Notes: generated by a model from the letters alone, not told the origin. Shown: positions 27,314-41,794, counted from the first letter of the stretch. The stretch is 64,000 nucleotides of DNA from Octopus bimaculoides (GCF_001194135.2 NC_068999.1:2300746-2364745); one strand, 5' to 3'. Numbers and translations are program-made.

Positions 27314-27476
27314 GATGGGCTTCTTTCAGTTTCCGTCAACCAAATCCACTCACAAGGCTTTGGTCGGTCCGAGGCTATAGAAGAAGACACTTGCCCAAGG
27401 TGCCACACAGTGGGACTGAACCTGGAACCATGTGGTTGGTAAGCAAGCTACTTACCACACAGCCACTCCTGCGCCT
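27061..27476 (-). mobile_element. Family-A SINE, full length
   Basis: Reverse complement of the 2575-2942 element with an internal (CA)n(TA)n. Other copies or fragments lie at ~7725-7890, 19705-19855, 22385-22910, 36380-36530 and 46205-46585. Confidence 0.85.
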
Positions 27477-27976
27477 ATAATAATAATAATAATAATCATG
27501 ATAATAATTACTATTATATTTGTACATCAATCATAGGCTTGCAGGAATAGGGACGACATGAAACTAAAGAACCGCTAATCTAAGACTATTTAAGAATAGG
27601 AAGTAGGTCTAAGCAAAAATGCAAGTAGTCTTTTGTTATCAAATCAACGTGTGTTTTATGACTAAAAGTCTGAAATAGAACACGACTGTTCCAAGAAAAG
27701 AAAAAAGCTAATAGAATAATGTCAGAAAAATAAAATTAATGTTATAGCTTGATTCCGTAATCATGTGAGGATGAGAAAACATGAGTCTTAGGAAAATAAT
27801 AGAGTAGTAGAGAATGTAGTGTTCATGTTAGTAATTAGTTTGTGTGGTTTGTGAATCAATAGAACAATAAAAGAGATGAACGTACATGTTCACTACCATT
27901 TATGTTCCAGTATTAGTTTTGGTCATTCACATCAGCCAAATAGTCAATATACTGTCTGTTTTAGATGCAGTATAAG

Positions 27977-28036
<60 letters not shown>

Positions 28037-29419
28037 CTCTTCGCATCTGATCTCTTTCTTAAGCTCCTGAACAAATTTGACAATCCAATCAAAGGTGACA
28101 TTGGCCTGCTTGCCTAGCTAAGAAGGTGGCAGCGTTCAAAAGCTAAAACGAGACAAAGCGCATTGTGACTAGCAATGTATAACATCCAATAGTCTGGTCA
28201 ATCATGTGATCATGTGATGATGAAAGTACAAAGATTCTATTGCAATCGTTGAGTATAGGTGGTTCATGAGTGATTACCTTTCTCTGTATATTAATTAAAA
28301 TTATAATCAACATGATATTAGTATTGGTGCTTGTGAACTTCAGAGTCTGGAAGAAGAATCAAAAGGGGTGGGGGTGTAGTTAAAACTGAGAAATCTAGAA
28401 ATTTCCATTCAGTTGGAATTGCTTTTTAAATCACTTATAAATAAAATAGATTTACAAAAAGTCACATCCCATTTGTCTGTTAAATGAGGAAACTATTAAA
28501 TGACGAAACAATTATTATTTATCATTTTATAATTGTTTTAAATATAAATCAAAAATCGATTAATTTTATAATTGCAATTGATCAAAGATGTAGCAATCTT
28601 AGGCAACGATAAGTTAGGTTCCACCATCATTGCATGCACTATTTTATCCAGTCAGATATTTTAACACATAGCCTGGTAGTCTGAGAGTCATTTTTGGTTT
28701 GTTTACTATGGGACAGTAGTCTCATACATACATGAGATGAAACGGAATGGTTTGAAGGACGTTTTCCTGTAACACTATGCAATTAATGACTGTTTTGTAA
28801 GTATGCCATACCAGTATTGACTAATATTCTTTCACTGGTTACTGTTATTGGACTGTGGCCATGCTGGAGCAATACCTTCAGGGGTTCATTGAGGATATTG
28901 ATTCTAGTATTTATATTTCTGTCTGGAATTTATTTTATGGACTGACTTGTTTGTCAAACTGCTAAGTTAAACTGCTAGGTTACAGGGCAAGAACAACTCT
29001 GGGAGTTCTCAAGTAAACATAAATGTATGCACACACTTGCACTACATACCCGCACACACATGCACACACACACGCACACACACACACATACAATATGACA
29101 GGATTCCAAACAGTTTCTGTCAAGCCAATTTCACTTTAAAGATATGGTTTCATCTGAAGTTATAACAGAAGACAATTGACCAAGGTGCCATGCAATAGAA
29201 CTGAACCAGAAAACATGTGATTGCACAGAGACCTTCTTAACCACATAACCACACACGTACATAGAGAGAAGAAAGAACACAAAACAAACAAACAAAAAAG
29301 TCTCTTTCTCTAATTTACTTTTATTTCATTATTAATTTTATAAAATATAACTGTGATAAAACATAATTATAATATCTGTGGTTTTTCAGTTACTACATAT
29401 ACCTGGATAGTGGTGTAGA

Positions 29420-32240
29420 CTATCCCTGAAAGACGGGAGCTGCTTTACCTTTTGCCCCCAACTCGGTAACCTTAAACACACTTCCAGCAAGTTTCTCTTC
29501 ATTTTGCAACTGATTCTCCGTCAAACGGCTGGCACTTGATGTCACATAAAGTTCGTCATAGTTTGGGCCTCCAAAACAACAGGAAGTGACTTGACTGACA
29601 GGAAACTTGACTGATGTTAGAATTTTACCTGAAATTGTTTTTAAAATTGAAACGAAGAATTAAAAAGATATCTTATTTTTGAATTTTTCTTTTGCAAGAA
29701 TTCTGACCTGCAGCCTGGAATTGTATTTCAAGTAAGTCATACTAATTACAAAACCTTTAAACACTGGGCCTCTTCAGTTTTTGATTAAATTCCCAGAAAT
29801 TTTTCCATTTCTATTTTTCTTCTTAATGGTTTTAATTTATTCAACTAATTTTTTTTTTCTTTTGTATGTTATCATATTGTCTTATCTCTATGTTAAACAT
29901 GTCCACACATTGTTTTGCTGCTGTATCAGCTTGCATTGGTTTTATTGTATTTTATTTTTTCATTTCATCTGACTGTTTTTGTTGTTGCCTACATAAGAAC
30001 AAATGTATTTATTTTATGATTATAGAATGTGATGTGAGGGAGATATGGCTGTTATTTTTGTTAGATAAAATGATCATGAGAAATAGAGATTCTTTCGTCT
30101 TGTGTCACACAGTTTTTGAGTAAAGAAATAAAACATTTTATACCTGTTTCTGGATCAATCTGGAATACTTTGCCACTAGAGAAGCAAGCCAACCATATCT
30201 TATCATTTAAATCAATTGTCATTCCATCTGGCACCCCATATTCGTGGAGTTCTTGGCCTTCAAAATCAATAACCACTTGTTCTCTGGCTAAATATGGAAA
30301 CAGAAAATATTTACTATTAAAATAAAATATCTCCATGACAACAGTAGAAGAATTGTCTATTGAATTCCATGTTTTAAATTGATAGCTGGCTTCAAATTTC
30401 TCAATGCAAAAGCATGTTTACATGTGAATGTATATATTTATGTGTGAGTATACTGAGGATTGAACTCACTCTGCACCATATTCACTTTTAATTACCAATT
30501 AATAAAATTGCAAATTACAAGATTTCTGCTTTGTGTTTTTGGGACAGAATTAATTAAATAACAATTGTCCTAATCAATAAGGGGGTAATTTAATTTTTTC
30601 TCCTTATTGATTCTCACATTTTACGTAAATGTGACCCTTTCATATTTGTTTACCATGTGGACCTCTGTTTTAGGATAAATACACTGAGTCCCTTTGTGTT
30701 ATAAGAAGTGACTAAAAAGAGTTGGCAGCAGGAAGGATGTCTGATCATAAATCACTATCTTAGAAAATCTCTCCAAGCAATGCCAGCCTGGAAAAATGGA
30801 AGTAAGATACCGATAAAGGCCTGGTGGGTGTAGAGGAAGAAAATTATTTCAAGAATAAATAATTGTAAATACAACAGAATTAATTTTAATGAATTGAATT
30901 AAATTTTATTAAGTTTTTGTGATAGAGCAGCAGACAAAAATACCTTGTGCTATTTTGAAACTTGCCTTTAGGTTTTAAACCAAAATCCTTGGATCTTTAC
31001 CAATATCTAATTAAAAAAACACTTAAGACTGACAATACTTACAGATTTCTCCGGTAGAAACATCATAGTCATAAGAAAATACTTTTCTAGGAAGCGTATG
31101 GGTGTAGAACATGGTTTTATCATCTGCTGTCCATGTCATACCATTAGATATATTGATCTTGTCTTTGATGGCATTGACCGAGAGATCTTTATCAATTCGA
31201 TAAAGATGTCCAGCTTCAGTTATTTCAAGTTTGTCCTTGATTGTCTTCATGGTACCTAAAATTAGGAAAGTTGAAAAAAAAAAATAGTAACATTTCCTGA
31301 AAATCTTAGAAGTGCACAAATATTTTGTGTCTGGTTAATCTAACTTCAAATTATAACCTGTATTGCCTTTCAAAATAGAAGAATGTTGTTTTAAGCATTT
31401 TTGGTCATAGGTTTACTTGCTTGTCGGATATGACCTGGAGGTAAACAACAACAACATCCACAACAACATCATTGAAAATTTAAAAAATACAGAAGAAAGT
31501 TTCAATTAATAAATTCAATTGAAACAGCTTTTGATTAAACTACTGATATATGATAACTACAGGTATATAATTATGTAAAACAAATGTGGAATGACCCTAG
31601 CTGTAATGTTGGCTTCAAAGAAAATTCTCAAAAAGGTATTTGTGTTCAAACCCAGAATTTTGCTAAGAATGGCATGGATTTTCCAAATATGGCATTTCAA
31701 AATTTCAATAAATAGTAATAATAATAAACAATATATTCAAATACAATATTGTTACAAGTAATACTATAAGTATCACTGGACTTTGGAGCTAAGCCAAAAA
31801 ATGTTTGTTCTGGTATGAAAATTGATAAACAAAAAAATTATTTATTTGTGTGAAAGCTAACCAGACTTGGATTAAAATAACAATGTACAGGAAACAAAAG
31901 ACAAGCTTTTCTCATGCATAAACAATGAAATACAAACCTGTCCACAGTCGACCATAACTGTCACATTTACCGTCGTTGAATACATTTTCTGGTTTATCGG
32001 ATTCTATTTTGATGAAAGGTTTTAATTCTTGAGTCTCCCAGTCAAAATCAGCAAGTTGGGCAAAACAGGCAACGATGTAACCACCAGACTCTCGAGGAAT
32101 AATGAAGCTTACGTATCCATCTAATAAATTTGACACAAAACAAGAGAAGATGAAAATATTTGGGGATATAAGCCTTTGTACATATCGTGATGGAAACATC
32201 ATGTTTCACTTCATACACACACATATTCATACACACATAT

Positions 32241-32293
<53 letters not shown>

Positions 32294-32469
32294 ACTGACC
32301 AAGATGACGTCCAGTTCTACGTTTTCTGTGGCTGTAATTACAAACCTCATTTAATTGCCTTTGTCTTATCTCTCATTCTTTTATTTGACATCAACCATTT
32401 GTCAAATCTACCATAATTAGCCTTCAACACACAGTTACATACACACACACACACACGGATGAATATCCC

Positions 32470-32513
<44 letters not shown>

Positions 32514-32944
32514 CACATGCACACACTAACACACACACTCACTCATACACACACATAAATATACGTACGTAGAAACATCAAAGAAATCTGATTTTAGGAA
32601 TTTATCAAATCTGCCATAATTAGCCTTCCACACACACACACACACACACTGTAACGAGTGGTACCCAACATACTCAGTGACTGACTTGAACTCTCTCAAG
32701 AAGAACTGAAATTGAACACACACATACATAGACACACACACACACACACACACACAGATGTACAAAAATACAGATATACATACATACCAGCTTTAAACTT
32801 GGTGTGTGTGTAGTCAACAGAATTCCATTTATGTAAATGTCCAGTTTCTACATCAACAAACAGCAAGGATTTGGTGCTTTCCTCCCAATGTGGTCCTTCC
32901 CCAGATTTCTGGCAGACATTCTTCAAGGCAACAGACACAGACAT
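29420..32944 (-). CDS. RGN: Regucalcin-like paralog 4 (301 aa); exons 32944-32788, 32120-31938, 31255-31043, 30287-30144, 29628-29420
   Basis: GT-AG, phase 1, 906 nt open. Motifs: [60 protein letters not shown]. Confidence 0.93.
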
Positions 32945-33302
32945 CTCGTCGATGAAGAAATGAAATCAAAAAACCCAAAATATATAATACAAGATGCATT
33001 CCAGATGTTTTGAGACTTTTTTTTGGTGACACAGCTATGGCTGTCCTAAATTGATTATTGTAATTTTGGTGTATTATTACTACACATCTGTCTAATAAGC
33101 TGACCTGCCAAATTTTGTTATTCCAGATTGAAGGAGATAGCTGAAGCAGCACATTGAATACACCTTACAAGACACTGCTTATCGCAGGTGACTAGTTTGC
33201 AGAATGCCATCAGGATGCGAAGACAATTTGGAAGCTGACTACCCCCACCCCCCGTGGCTACAGGCTACGTGGATACTATACACATGACAACACACCCCCT
33301 AC

Positions 33303-33625
33303 AACGAAGAAGAAGAAGAAGAAGAAGAAGCTGAAGAAGAAGACGAAGAAGAAGAAGAAGAAGAAGAAGAAGAAGAAGACGAAGAAGAAGAAGAAGAAGA
33401 AGAAGAAGAAGAAGAAGAAGAAGACGAAGAATAAGAAGANNNNNNNNNNGCTGAAGAAGAAGAAGAAGAAGAAGAAGAAGAAGAAGAAGAAGAAGAAGAA
33501 GAAGAAGGAGAAGAAGAAGAAGCTGAAGAAGAAGCTGAAGAAGAAGAAGAAGCTGAAGAAGAATAAGAAGAAGAAGCTGAAGAAGAAGAAGAAGCTGAAG
33601 AAGAAGAAGAAGAAGAAGAAGAAGA
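33303..33625. repeat. Long interrupted (GAA)n microsatellite with internal gap
   Basis: About 320 bp of gaa with gct/gac/taa variants; it explains the poly-Phe ORF in the ORF track. Confidence 0.95.
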
Positions 33626-34399
33626 TACCTGTTTCTTGTGGTGATTTAGTAAGCCTTTGTTGTAGTCTATGTTTTTGTAGAGTTATTGAAGTCCAGGATG
33701 GTGCACAGGGTGCCAGACCCGTCTCTCTCACAGCAAACAAATCTGTTCCTTCTGGTGAACTGTCAGCTTTTATTAAATTCTGATACAGGAAACCACCAAA
33801 AGTTGTTGATAAAAGAGGCAAGAAGGCCTACTGATGTCTTTGAAGAAAAATAGAGAGAGAGAGAGGGGGGTGGTGGACTGAGTTAGAGTATTAGTGTGAT
33901 GGGGAGGAACAATAAAGAGAGAATGAGTGAGAGAGAAAGTAAGAGTAAAGAAGGGAGACAAATGGACAAATATAAGAAATGAAACATACACAACACAAGA
34001 CAATGAGAGGATCTGCTAAAAATAACAGCAAAATCTTTCTCCAATCACACTTTTGTTTTAAAGATTTTTAAAAGCCTTATCAGAGGAGAAAGGGCAACAT
34101 TCGTGACTATTTTCAGGATTTCCAGACCTTGAGGTGGTGGTCATGGATGGAGAAGCAGTTAACTCTTCTTTGACTAGAGACTAAACCCGAATACTTGCAA
34201 CTAAGGGATTCCACTAAATGTCCCTGGGGAGAGGCAACAAATTAACACTAAAAGGCACAATAATCAAACAGGTTCGCACGCAATATTGTCCCTCAGCCAA
34301 ATATCACTTGCTCAACCTGAGGATATTGTAACAGATAATTAGTCAAGGTGCATTGCACACCTTCATTTGTTTTTGAAGGTTCTATATTTTTATATATTT

Positions 34400-34720
34400 T
34401 CTCTCGTTGGCCACAGGCATTGCAGTGCAGCTGCGAGGGGAAATCATTGAATCACCGTCTGTGAGTTATCAGAGGATGTGCAGATTAGTTACGGTTCAGT
34501 TCAGTCCATTATCGCTGAAGATTTGGGTATGAGACGCGTGTCTGCCAAGTTTGTGCCAGAACTGCTTTCAGCTGACCAAAAGGACACTTGGGTTTCACTT
34601 GCACAAGATCTTCTTGATTGTGTTAAGAACGATGAAAACTCTTTGAAAACTTTGCTTAGGCCTCTAAGCAGGTATCTCCAAGCTTTTGATAAAATTTGAT
34701 GCAGATTCTCTGCTCAACTT
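34400..34720 (+). mobile_element. Mariner transposase fragment
   Basis: ISYGSVQSIIAEDLGMRRVSAKFVPELLSADQK. Confidence 0.8.
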
Positions 34721-34918
34721 TTTCTGTCATAGTCAATGCAATGATTACATGCTGCATATGTTCCAAGCACTACTGCAAACAGCAGGAAGTGAGCTTGAAT
34801 GTTAAAACTTAGTGTGCATGCATGGCAGAGTTTGAGGCCAATTTATGCCAAACAGCTTCACTCTGTGGGCTTCAGCTTTGTTACTATGGGACAACAGTCT
34901 GGATACTTATTGATCAGA

Positions 34919-35009
<91 letters not shown>

Positions 35010-35621
35010 TGTAAATGCGTGCAATTCCTGCCATTCTAATGAGGGCAATGTCCTTTTTTGAAGCATGTCAAGGAATATATGAATAAGCTATCTCCATGAT
35101 AACCATTATCTAGATTCTTATTAGGTATTGTTATTTAACACCAGACACAGATACAGTCCATAGTCCATAGACATATTATCAATGACACACCAAATGAGAT
35201 CAGCATCGCTTTCTTAAAAGTAAGTATAAAAACTAGATAGATGGCTGGATGGACAGATGGAGGGAAGGACAAACAGAGAGATAGATGACAAGCGTCCACA
35301 CACTTTCTGTCTACCAAATTTCCCTCACAAAGCACTGCGCAATCTGAAACTATGATAGAAGACATTTGCCCAAGGTTCCATGGAATGGGATCAAACCTGA
35401 AGCCATGTGGTTGCAAAGAGACCATCTTAATCACATATTCATATATAAAGGAGAAAAGAATATAAAACAAACAAAACATCTCTTAAATTACTTTTATTTA
35501 TTTCATTATTAATTTTATATAACATATCATTATTAATTTTATATAACATATCTATGAACAAACATAATTATAGAACCTGTGATCTTTATATTACAATGTA
35601 TAGCTGGAGATTGGTGTAGAC

Positions 35622-35917
35622 CAGTGCTACTCAAAGTGGTGGTCCATGGACTGGTGCCAGTCCATGAGCCATCAGCTGCTGGTACATGGCGAGTTTCCAG
35701 AAAGGAAAGAAACATAAAATGCTTACGAAAAGCATATTTAATATTGTATTATTTGTTTACAAAATAAATATAAGATAAAAGATAATTGTCAACTTTTTCA
35801 TTATATATATTGTTTCTGGTATGAATTAATATTACTAAGAAATATTACCGGTCCCTGGTACATTGAAAAAAAAAAAAAACTACCGGTACGCCACTTTAGA
35901 TAGTTTGAGAAGCACTG
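35622..35917. mobile_element. hAT (Charlie-like) MITE inserted just after the stop codon of paralog 5
   Basis: Termini CAGTGCTACTCAAA...TTTGAGAAGCACTG; flanking 8-bp duplication GTGTAGAC (35614-35621) / TTGTAGAC (35918-35925). Confidence 0.85.
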
Positions 35918-35924
35918 TTGTAGA

Positions 35925-38900
35925 CTATCCCTGAAAGTTAGGGGCTGCTTTACCTTTAGGCCCCAACTCAGTAACCTTAAAAAGACTCCCAGCAAGTTTC
36001 TCTTCATTCTGCAACTGTTTTTCTGTTAAGCAATAAGCACTTGATGTCACATAGAGTTCATCATAATTTGGACCTCCAAAACAACAGGAAGTGACTTGAC
36101 TTGCAGGAAACTTAATTGATGTCAGGATTTTGCCTGAAATTGTTTTAAAAATAATAAAAGTCAGACAAATTATCCAAAATTTGAAAAATACTGAACCCAT
36201 TAACATCCGGCATAGTTATTTCCCTCATAATTACCACTGTTGTTCCGATCACAATTATCTTCGATATTGCTGTCATAATTATGCTCACAACTATTATTAT
36301 GTTTTATCATTTTCATTATCTCACTTGTAATTATCTTCATTATTACCTAAGATAATTGTTAGGAGGCACATGTACGCACACAACAGTTACTTCTGCTTAC
36401 CAAATTCAATCACAAGGCTTCGGTCGGCTTGAGACTATAACAGAAGACACTTGCCCAAGGTACCACACAGCGGGACTGAACCCAAAACCATGTGGCTGGG
36501 AAGCAAGCTTCCTAACCACACAGCCATGCCTACACCTATCTTCAATATTTCTGTTCTGTGTTGTACTATACATTGGTGCATCCTTGGGGCACAATTCCAG
36601 AAACATAATCAGTTTCTCTATGAAAGAACATTACTAACATTACTAACTCAACCCCTTTTCCATTTCTGGACAAAGGGCTGTTGTCAAGGGTTACTCATGA
36701 CTCTTCTCTCAATGCAATGTAACTGATTCTGAGACTAGAATTAACTCCAGTATTTGACTGGTCGCTTATTTCTTGAATCCAGAAAGACAAAAGGTAAAAT
36801 TTACCACAGCAGGATCTTATTTCAGAGCACAGAACACTGGTGAATATATTTATGGCTCATGTGATGTTTTCATTTTCAAGAAACTGTTATTTGGCTGTTA
36901 TTATTGCTGCAATATTGATATCAAATGTGTAGTGAAAAAAAAAACAATTAACAAAAACAACATGCTGAGTATTAAGACCTACAACAACGTAAACTTCAGT
37001 TAAGAAATAAAACATTTTATACCTGTTTCTGGGTCAATCTGGAATACTTTGCTACTATAATGGCTAGCTAACCATATTTTGTCATTTAAATCAATTGTCA
37101 TTCCATCTGGTATCCCATACTCATGGAGTTCTTTGCCTTCAAAATCAATAACCACTTGTTCTCTGGCTAAAGAAGCAAACAGAATATTTATTGTTAAAAT
37201 GAATATTTCCATGACAACATTGGAAGGGTTAATTAAATTTATTTTAGTTTGGATTCCATGTTTTAAACTGTTATTAAGAAATTTGTTTTCTGATTGCATG
37301 GACAATCTCTGTTAAGCTTTCCAACATCTCACAAATTACAAATACAAGACTAAATCTTATTTTAATGAAATTGTACACTAACTGGAGAAGCAAATAAAAA
37401 TTATTTCAAGAATAAGTCATGGTAAATACAACTACAATAAATTTTATTGAATTGAATTAAATATTATTAAATATTTGTCACAAAATTGGAAGAGCAGCAG
37501 ATCAAATGCCTTTTTGTTATTCCAAAGCAAGATTTTAGATTCTAAGTTGAAATTCTGCTTGAATTGTTAAGTTAGCAATTAAAAAAATACTTAAAACTGA
37601 CAATACTTACAGATTTCTCCAGTTGAAATGTCATAGTCATAAGAAAATACTTTTTTAGGAAGAGAATGGGTGTAGAACATGGTTTTGTCATCTGCTGTCC
37701 ATGCCATACCATTAGATATATTGGTCTTCTCTTTAATGGCATGGATTGATAAATCTTTATCAATTCGGTACAAATGTCCAGCTTCAGTTATTTCTAGTGT
37801 ACCTTTGAATTCCTTTATTGTACCTAAAAGCAGAAAAGTTTAAAAAGTCATTCTTTCTACAAATTTCTGTGCTCCTCAAATGTTTTGTGTATAAAAGTGT
37901 TGATGTTGATAAGTTACTGACTGGCTAATCAAGAACGAGTATATCAGCCTGCAGGGAAATAAAATGGGCTTGCAGGCACAATTGCACCCACAGGCAGGGG
38001 TTTCCCCACCCCTGATCTACCCAATACACTCTAACTCCTTGTTCTGTAATAACACTCATCATTGGAGAAGGGCAAGTTTGAGTATATTGTGTGAAGGACG
38101 AAGGCAATCTGACGTGGCCTCTAAATTAGCCTCGTGAAGTAGGATGGGGGTCAGAGTTATGATGATGATGATGATGATGATGCAGTCAACACAGTGGGTG
38201 GGAAGATAAGAGAGTGCTATGAATGAGACAGGTGAAAAGGAAGAGGTGAGCAACAGGGTGATGAGGTGTAAGGGCCAGGGAGGGGGACAATAATGTAAAG
38301 TGAGAGATAGCAAGATTGAGGCTCGGCAGAGGACAAAACACCTCAGCCTCAAACCCTAACCCTTGTGTCTGGGTATATTTAGCTATGGGTGGTCAGGCTC
38401 ACTGCAGCACCATTTATCGCCAGTCAGGACAGTCTTTGGTCATCTCCTCTGTGAGATGCAGCATCTTCAGATTAGTCTTCATCTTTTCCTCCCATGTTTT
38501 CTTTGGTCTCCGTCTTCCCCAAGGTGGCAGAAACAACAACATTGCAACATTGGAAACAGAAACTAGAGAAGACATAAAACAAACAAATACAAACCTGCCC
38601 ACAGTCTGCCATAGCTGTCGCATTTACCATCGTTGAATCTATTCCCTGGTTTATCTGGATCTGCTGTGAGGAATGGTTTTACTTCATGACTCCCCCAGTC
38701 AAAATGACACAGTTTCGAGTAGTTGGATACAACATAACCACCAGATTCCCGAGGAACAATGAAGCTTATATTTCCATCTGGTAAATTCAAGAGAAGACAA
38801 AAAAAACAAAACAATATATTTTGACAATACAATGTGATAATGGATTAATATATAAAAAAAAGATATTGATATCATATTATAATGTAGAAGAGGTTGATAT

Positions 38901-40715
38901 TCTATGATAATGAATAGTATTTCACCATTGTTATCGTCATCATTATTTTCCCTCTTTTCATGGTGGTGTAGGTTAGAATGGTGTACACCAAGCTCTTATT
39001 GCAGTCATCTTTGTCATGAATTCTAACATCAAGGACAGAAGGCTAATCCATTGTAGAGAGCATTCACATATGATCAGGTATCTATTCTTCCCTGACAGTT
39101 AAATTTTATGAACCAGAACTTATTCCTCAATACTAGTACTAACCACCAATTTTCTAAAACTCTGAAGTCAGAAAGAGAATTGACAATTAAGTAAAAACTA
39201 AATATGTATTTGAAAATACATATACTTCCTTATTTGGTATTTCACTGCATACATACAAATACAGCATGACCTGTATAAAAATTTACTTCAGGAGGCTTAA
39301 ATAGAGACACAATGGAGAGAATATCAGTTTTAGTACTACATATTTTGATATCAACCCACCTGAGGCCACCGCTGATTCTACAAAACAAACTTTGAAGGGA
39401 TCTAAATTAAAACCTTCCAACAAAATCTCATGTTAATTTATGTTAATTTATGTTCCAGACATCAGCTTAATAACATCAAAGTTATCCTACCAAATTCTTC
39501 ATCATTATTAAAATTAATTGAAACAAAAGCTGTTTTGAGGGGAATATGGTAAAAAAAAGGTTTAAACATGAGCAGCATGGGTGTGGTTTCTCAGTGCTGC
39601 TTGGGACCTGTAACTCTTTCGAACACCTGCAGCAAAGACAAATGCTTCTTGCAGCAGGGGTTCATAGAGCTTACCAACCATGTGGATAAATGCCTTCATT
39701 CCATCAGGGAATTTTTCATTGAGTTCTTTGTGTTTCTTGACTGTGGCCAGCCATTGTGTGCAACATGTAACACAGTCGGGATATAAATATAATACAACAT
39801 ACATAAACTGACACTCAGTGAGTTATGACGACAAAAGTCCCAGTTGATCTGAACAATCAAACGGCCTTCTTTTGAAATTAATGTGCAAGTGGCTGAGTGC
39901 TCCACAGACAAACATACCCTTAACGAAGTTCTCATGGATATTCAGCATGACACAGGATGTGACAAGACTGGCCCCTTTGTAATTACAGGTACAGCTCATT
40001 TTTTTCCAGCTGAGTAGACCACAGCAACATGAAATAAAGTGTTATGTTCAAGGATATAAGACACTGCCAGGAATTGAACACAGGATCTTACAAGTGTAAG
40101 CCAAATACCTTTACAACTATACCAAGCATCTTGTTGTTGTTGGCACTCCGTTGCTTACGATGTCGAGGGTTCCAGTTGATCCAATCAACGGAACAGCTTG
40201 CTCGTGAAATTAACGTGCAAGTGGCTGAGCACTCCACAGACACGTGTACCCTTAACGTAGTTCTCGGGGATATTTAGCGTGACACAATGTGACAAGGCTG
40301 ACCCTTTGAATTACAATCACAACAGAAACAGGAAGTAAGAGTGAGAGAAAGTTGTGGTGAAAGAGTAGAGCAGGGTTCACCACCATCCCCTGCCGGAGCC
40401 TCGTGGAGCTTTAGGTGTTTTCGCCCAATAAACACTCACAACGCCCGGTCTGGGAATCGAAACCGCGATCCTATGACCGCGAGTCTGCTGCCCTAACCAC
40501 TGGGCCATTGCGCCCCCACCAAACATACATAGATATATATACATATACTTATACATACCAACTTCACACTTGGTGTGGGTGTTGTCTACAGGATTCCACT
40601 TGTGTATACCTCCAGGTTCAATATCAAGAAACAGCAAGGATTTAGTACTTTCCTCCCAATGAGGTGCTTCTCCAGTTTTTTGACAGACATTCTTCAAGAC
40701 AACAGACACAGACAT
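35925..40715 (-). CDS. RGN: Regucalcin-like paralog 5 (301 aa); exons 40715-40559, 38777-38595, 37823-37611, 37166-37023, 36133-35925
   Basis: GT-AG, phase 1, 906 nt open. Motifs: [60 protein letters not shown]. Confidence 0.93.
40125..40520 (-). mobile_element. tRNA-derived SINE, family C, in paralog 5 intron 1
   Basis: Minus-strand head gggggcgcaatggcccagtggttagggcagcagactc...ggtttcgattcccagaccggg has A/B-box-like motifs. A degenerate second copy lies at ~39825-40030. Confidence 0.8.
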
Positions 40716-41064
40716 CTTGTTTCTGAAACAAAAAATAGAATTAGAAAAAAAAAGAAAGAAAGAACTGATACAAGAACATAAAGTGTTTAATGTTTTGATT
40801 AAACAGCTTGACAGTCTTTCAATGTCCAACAATTTATATATACATACACATATAGACGTACACCAACACACACACACAGAGCAGATAGACAGCTATTTTT
40901 TTTATTACCCACGAGGGGCTAAACAGAGCAGATAGACAGCATTGTGATAAAGAGGTGGCGATGGTGGCAGTGGAGTTAGTAGTAGTAGTAGTAGTAGTAG
41001 TAACAGCAATGGCAAAGAGGAGGAGGAGTAAAAAAGATTTCTGATTTAGGCATAATGCAGCTAG

Positions 41065-41247
41065 CTAGCTACTACTACTACTATTACTACTATTGATATA
41101 ACGATGTAGAGGTCAACAGATCTGTAACTACTACTACTACTATTACTATTACTACTATTGATATAACGATGCAGAGGTCAACAGATCTGTAACTACTACT
41201 ACTACTACTACTATTACTACAACGATGCAGAGGTCAACAGATCTGTA

Positions 41248-41290
<43 letters not shown>

Positions 41291-41430
41291 TTACTACTAT
41301 TGATATAACGATGCAGAGGTCAACAGATCTGTAACTACTACTACTACTACTACTATTACTACTATTGATATAACGATGCAGAGGTCAACAGATCTGTAAC
41401 TACTACTACTACTAGTAGTAGTAGTAGTAA
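41065..41430. repeat. Compound minisatellite: five gaggtcaacagatctgtaac cores separated by variable (CTA)n tracts
   Basis: Cores near 41109, 41174, 41230, 41316 and 41381. Confidence 0.9.
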
Positions 41431-41794
41431 CAATGACAGGGAGGAGGGGGAGGAGATTGAGGAGGAGGAGGAGGTGGTTTCTGATTTAGGCATAAGGTCA
41501 ACAGCTTTGAGAGGAGGAGACTTTGTTGATTACATCGATCCAGTCCTAGACAGGTACCTTTCTGACTGAAAAGACTTTCCAACAGTGACTATCCCATCAT
41601 TTTTTGTTTTAATTCCTTCAGGCATCATACATCTAATCACTAGAGTAGCTAGAGTGTGTGCCTACCAGGGAGCGGCCCTTCTGTTTGCCGCTCCGGGACC
41701 CCACAAAAAAATATTGCTTACAGCAATAGTGCCACCCCCTCCCCTAGCTACACTAGTGCATCTAATACTACATTTCTACGGTGATTGCCTATTT

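Noticed and set aside
33276-33821. 181-aa poly-Phe ORF
   Set aside because: Translation of the (TTC)n microsatellite.
40430-40520. tRNA gene
   Set aside because: The tRNA-like A/B boxes are the head of a repeated SINE and continue into the SINE body; no convincing full cloverleaf.
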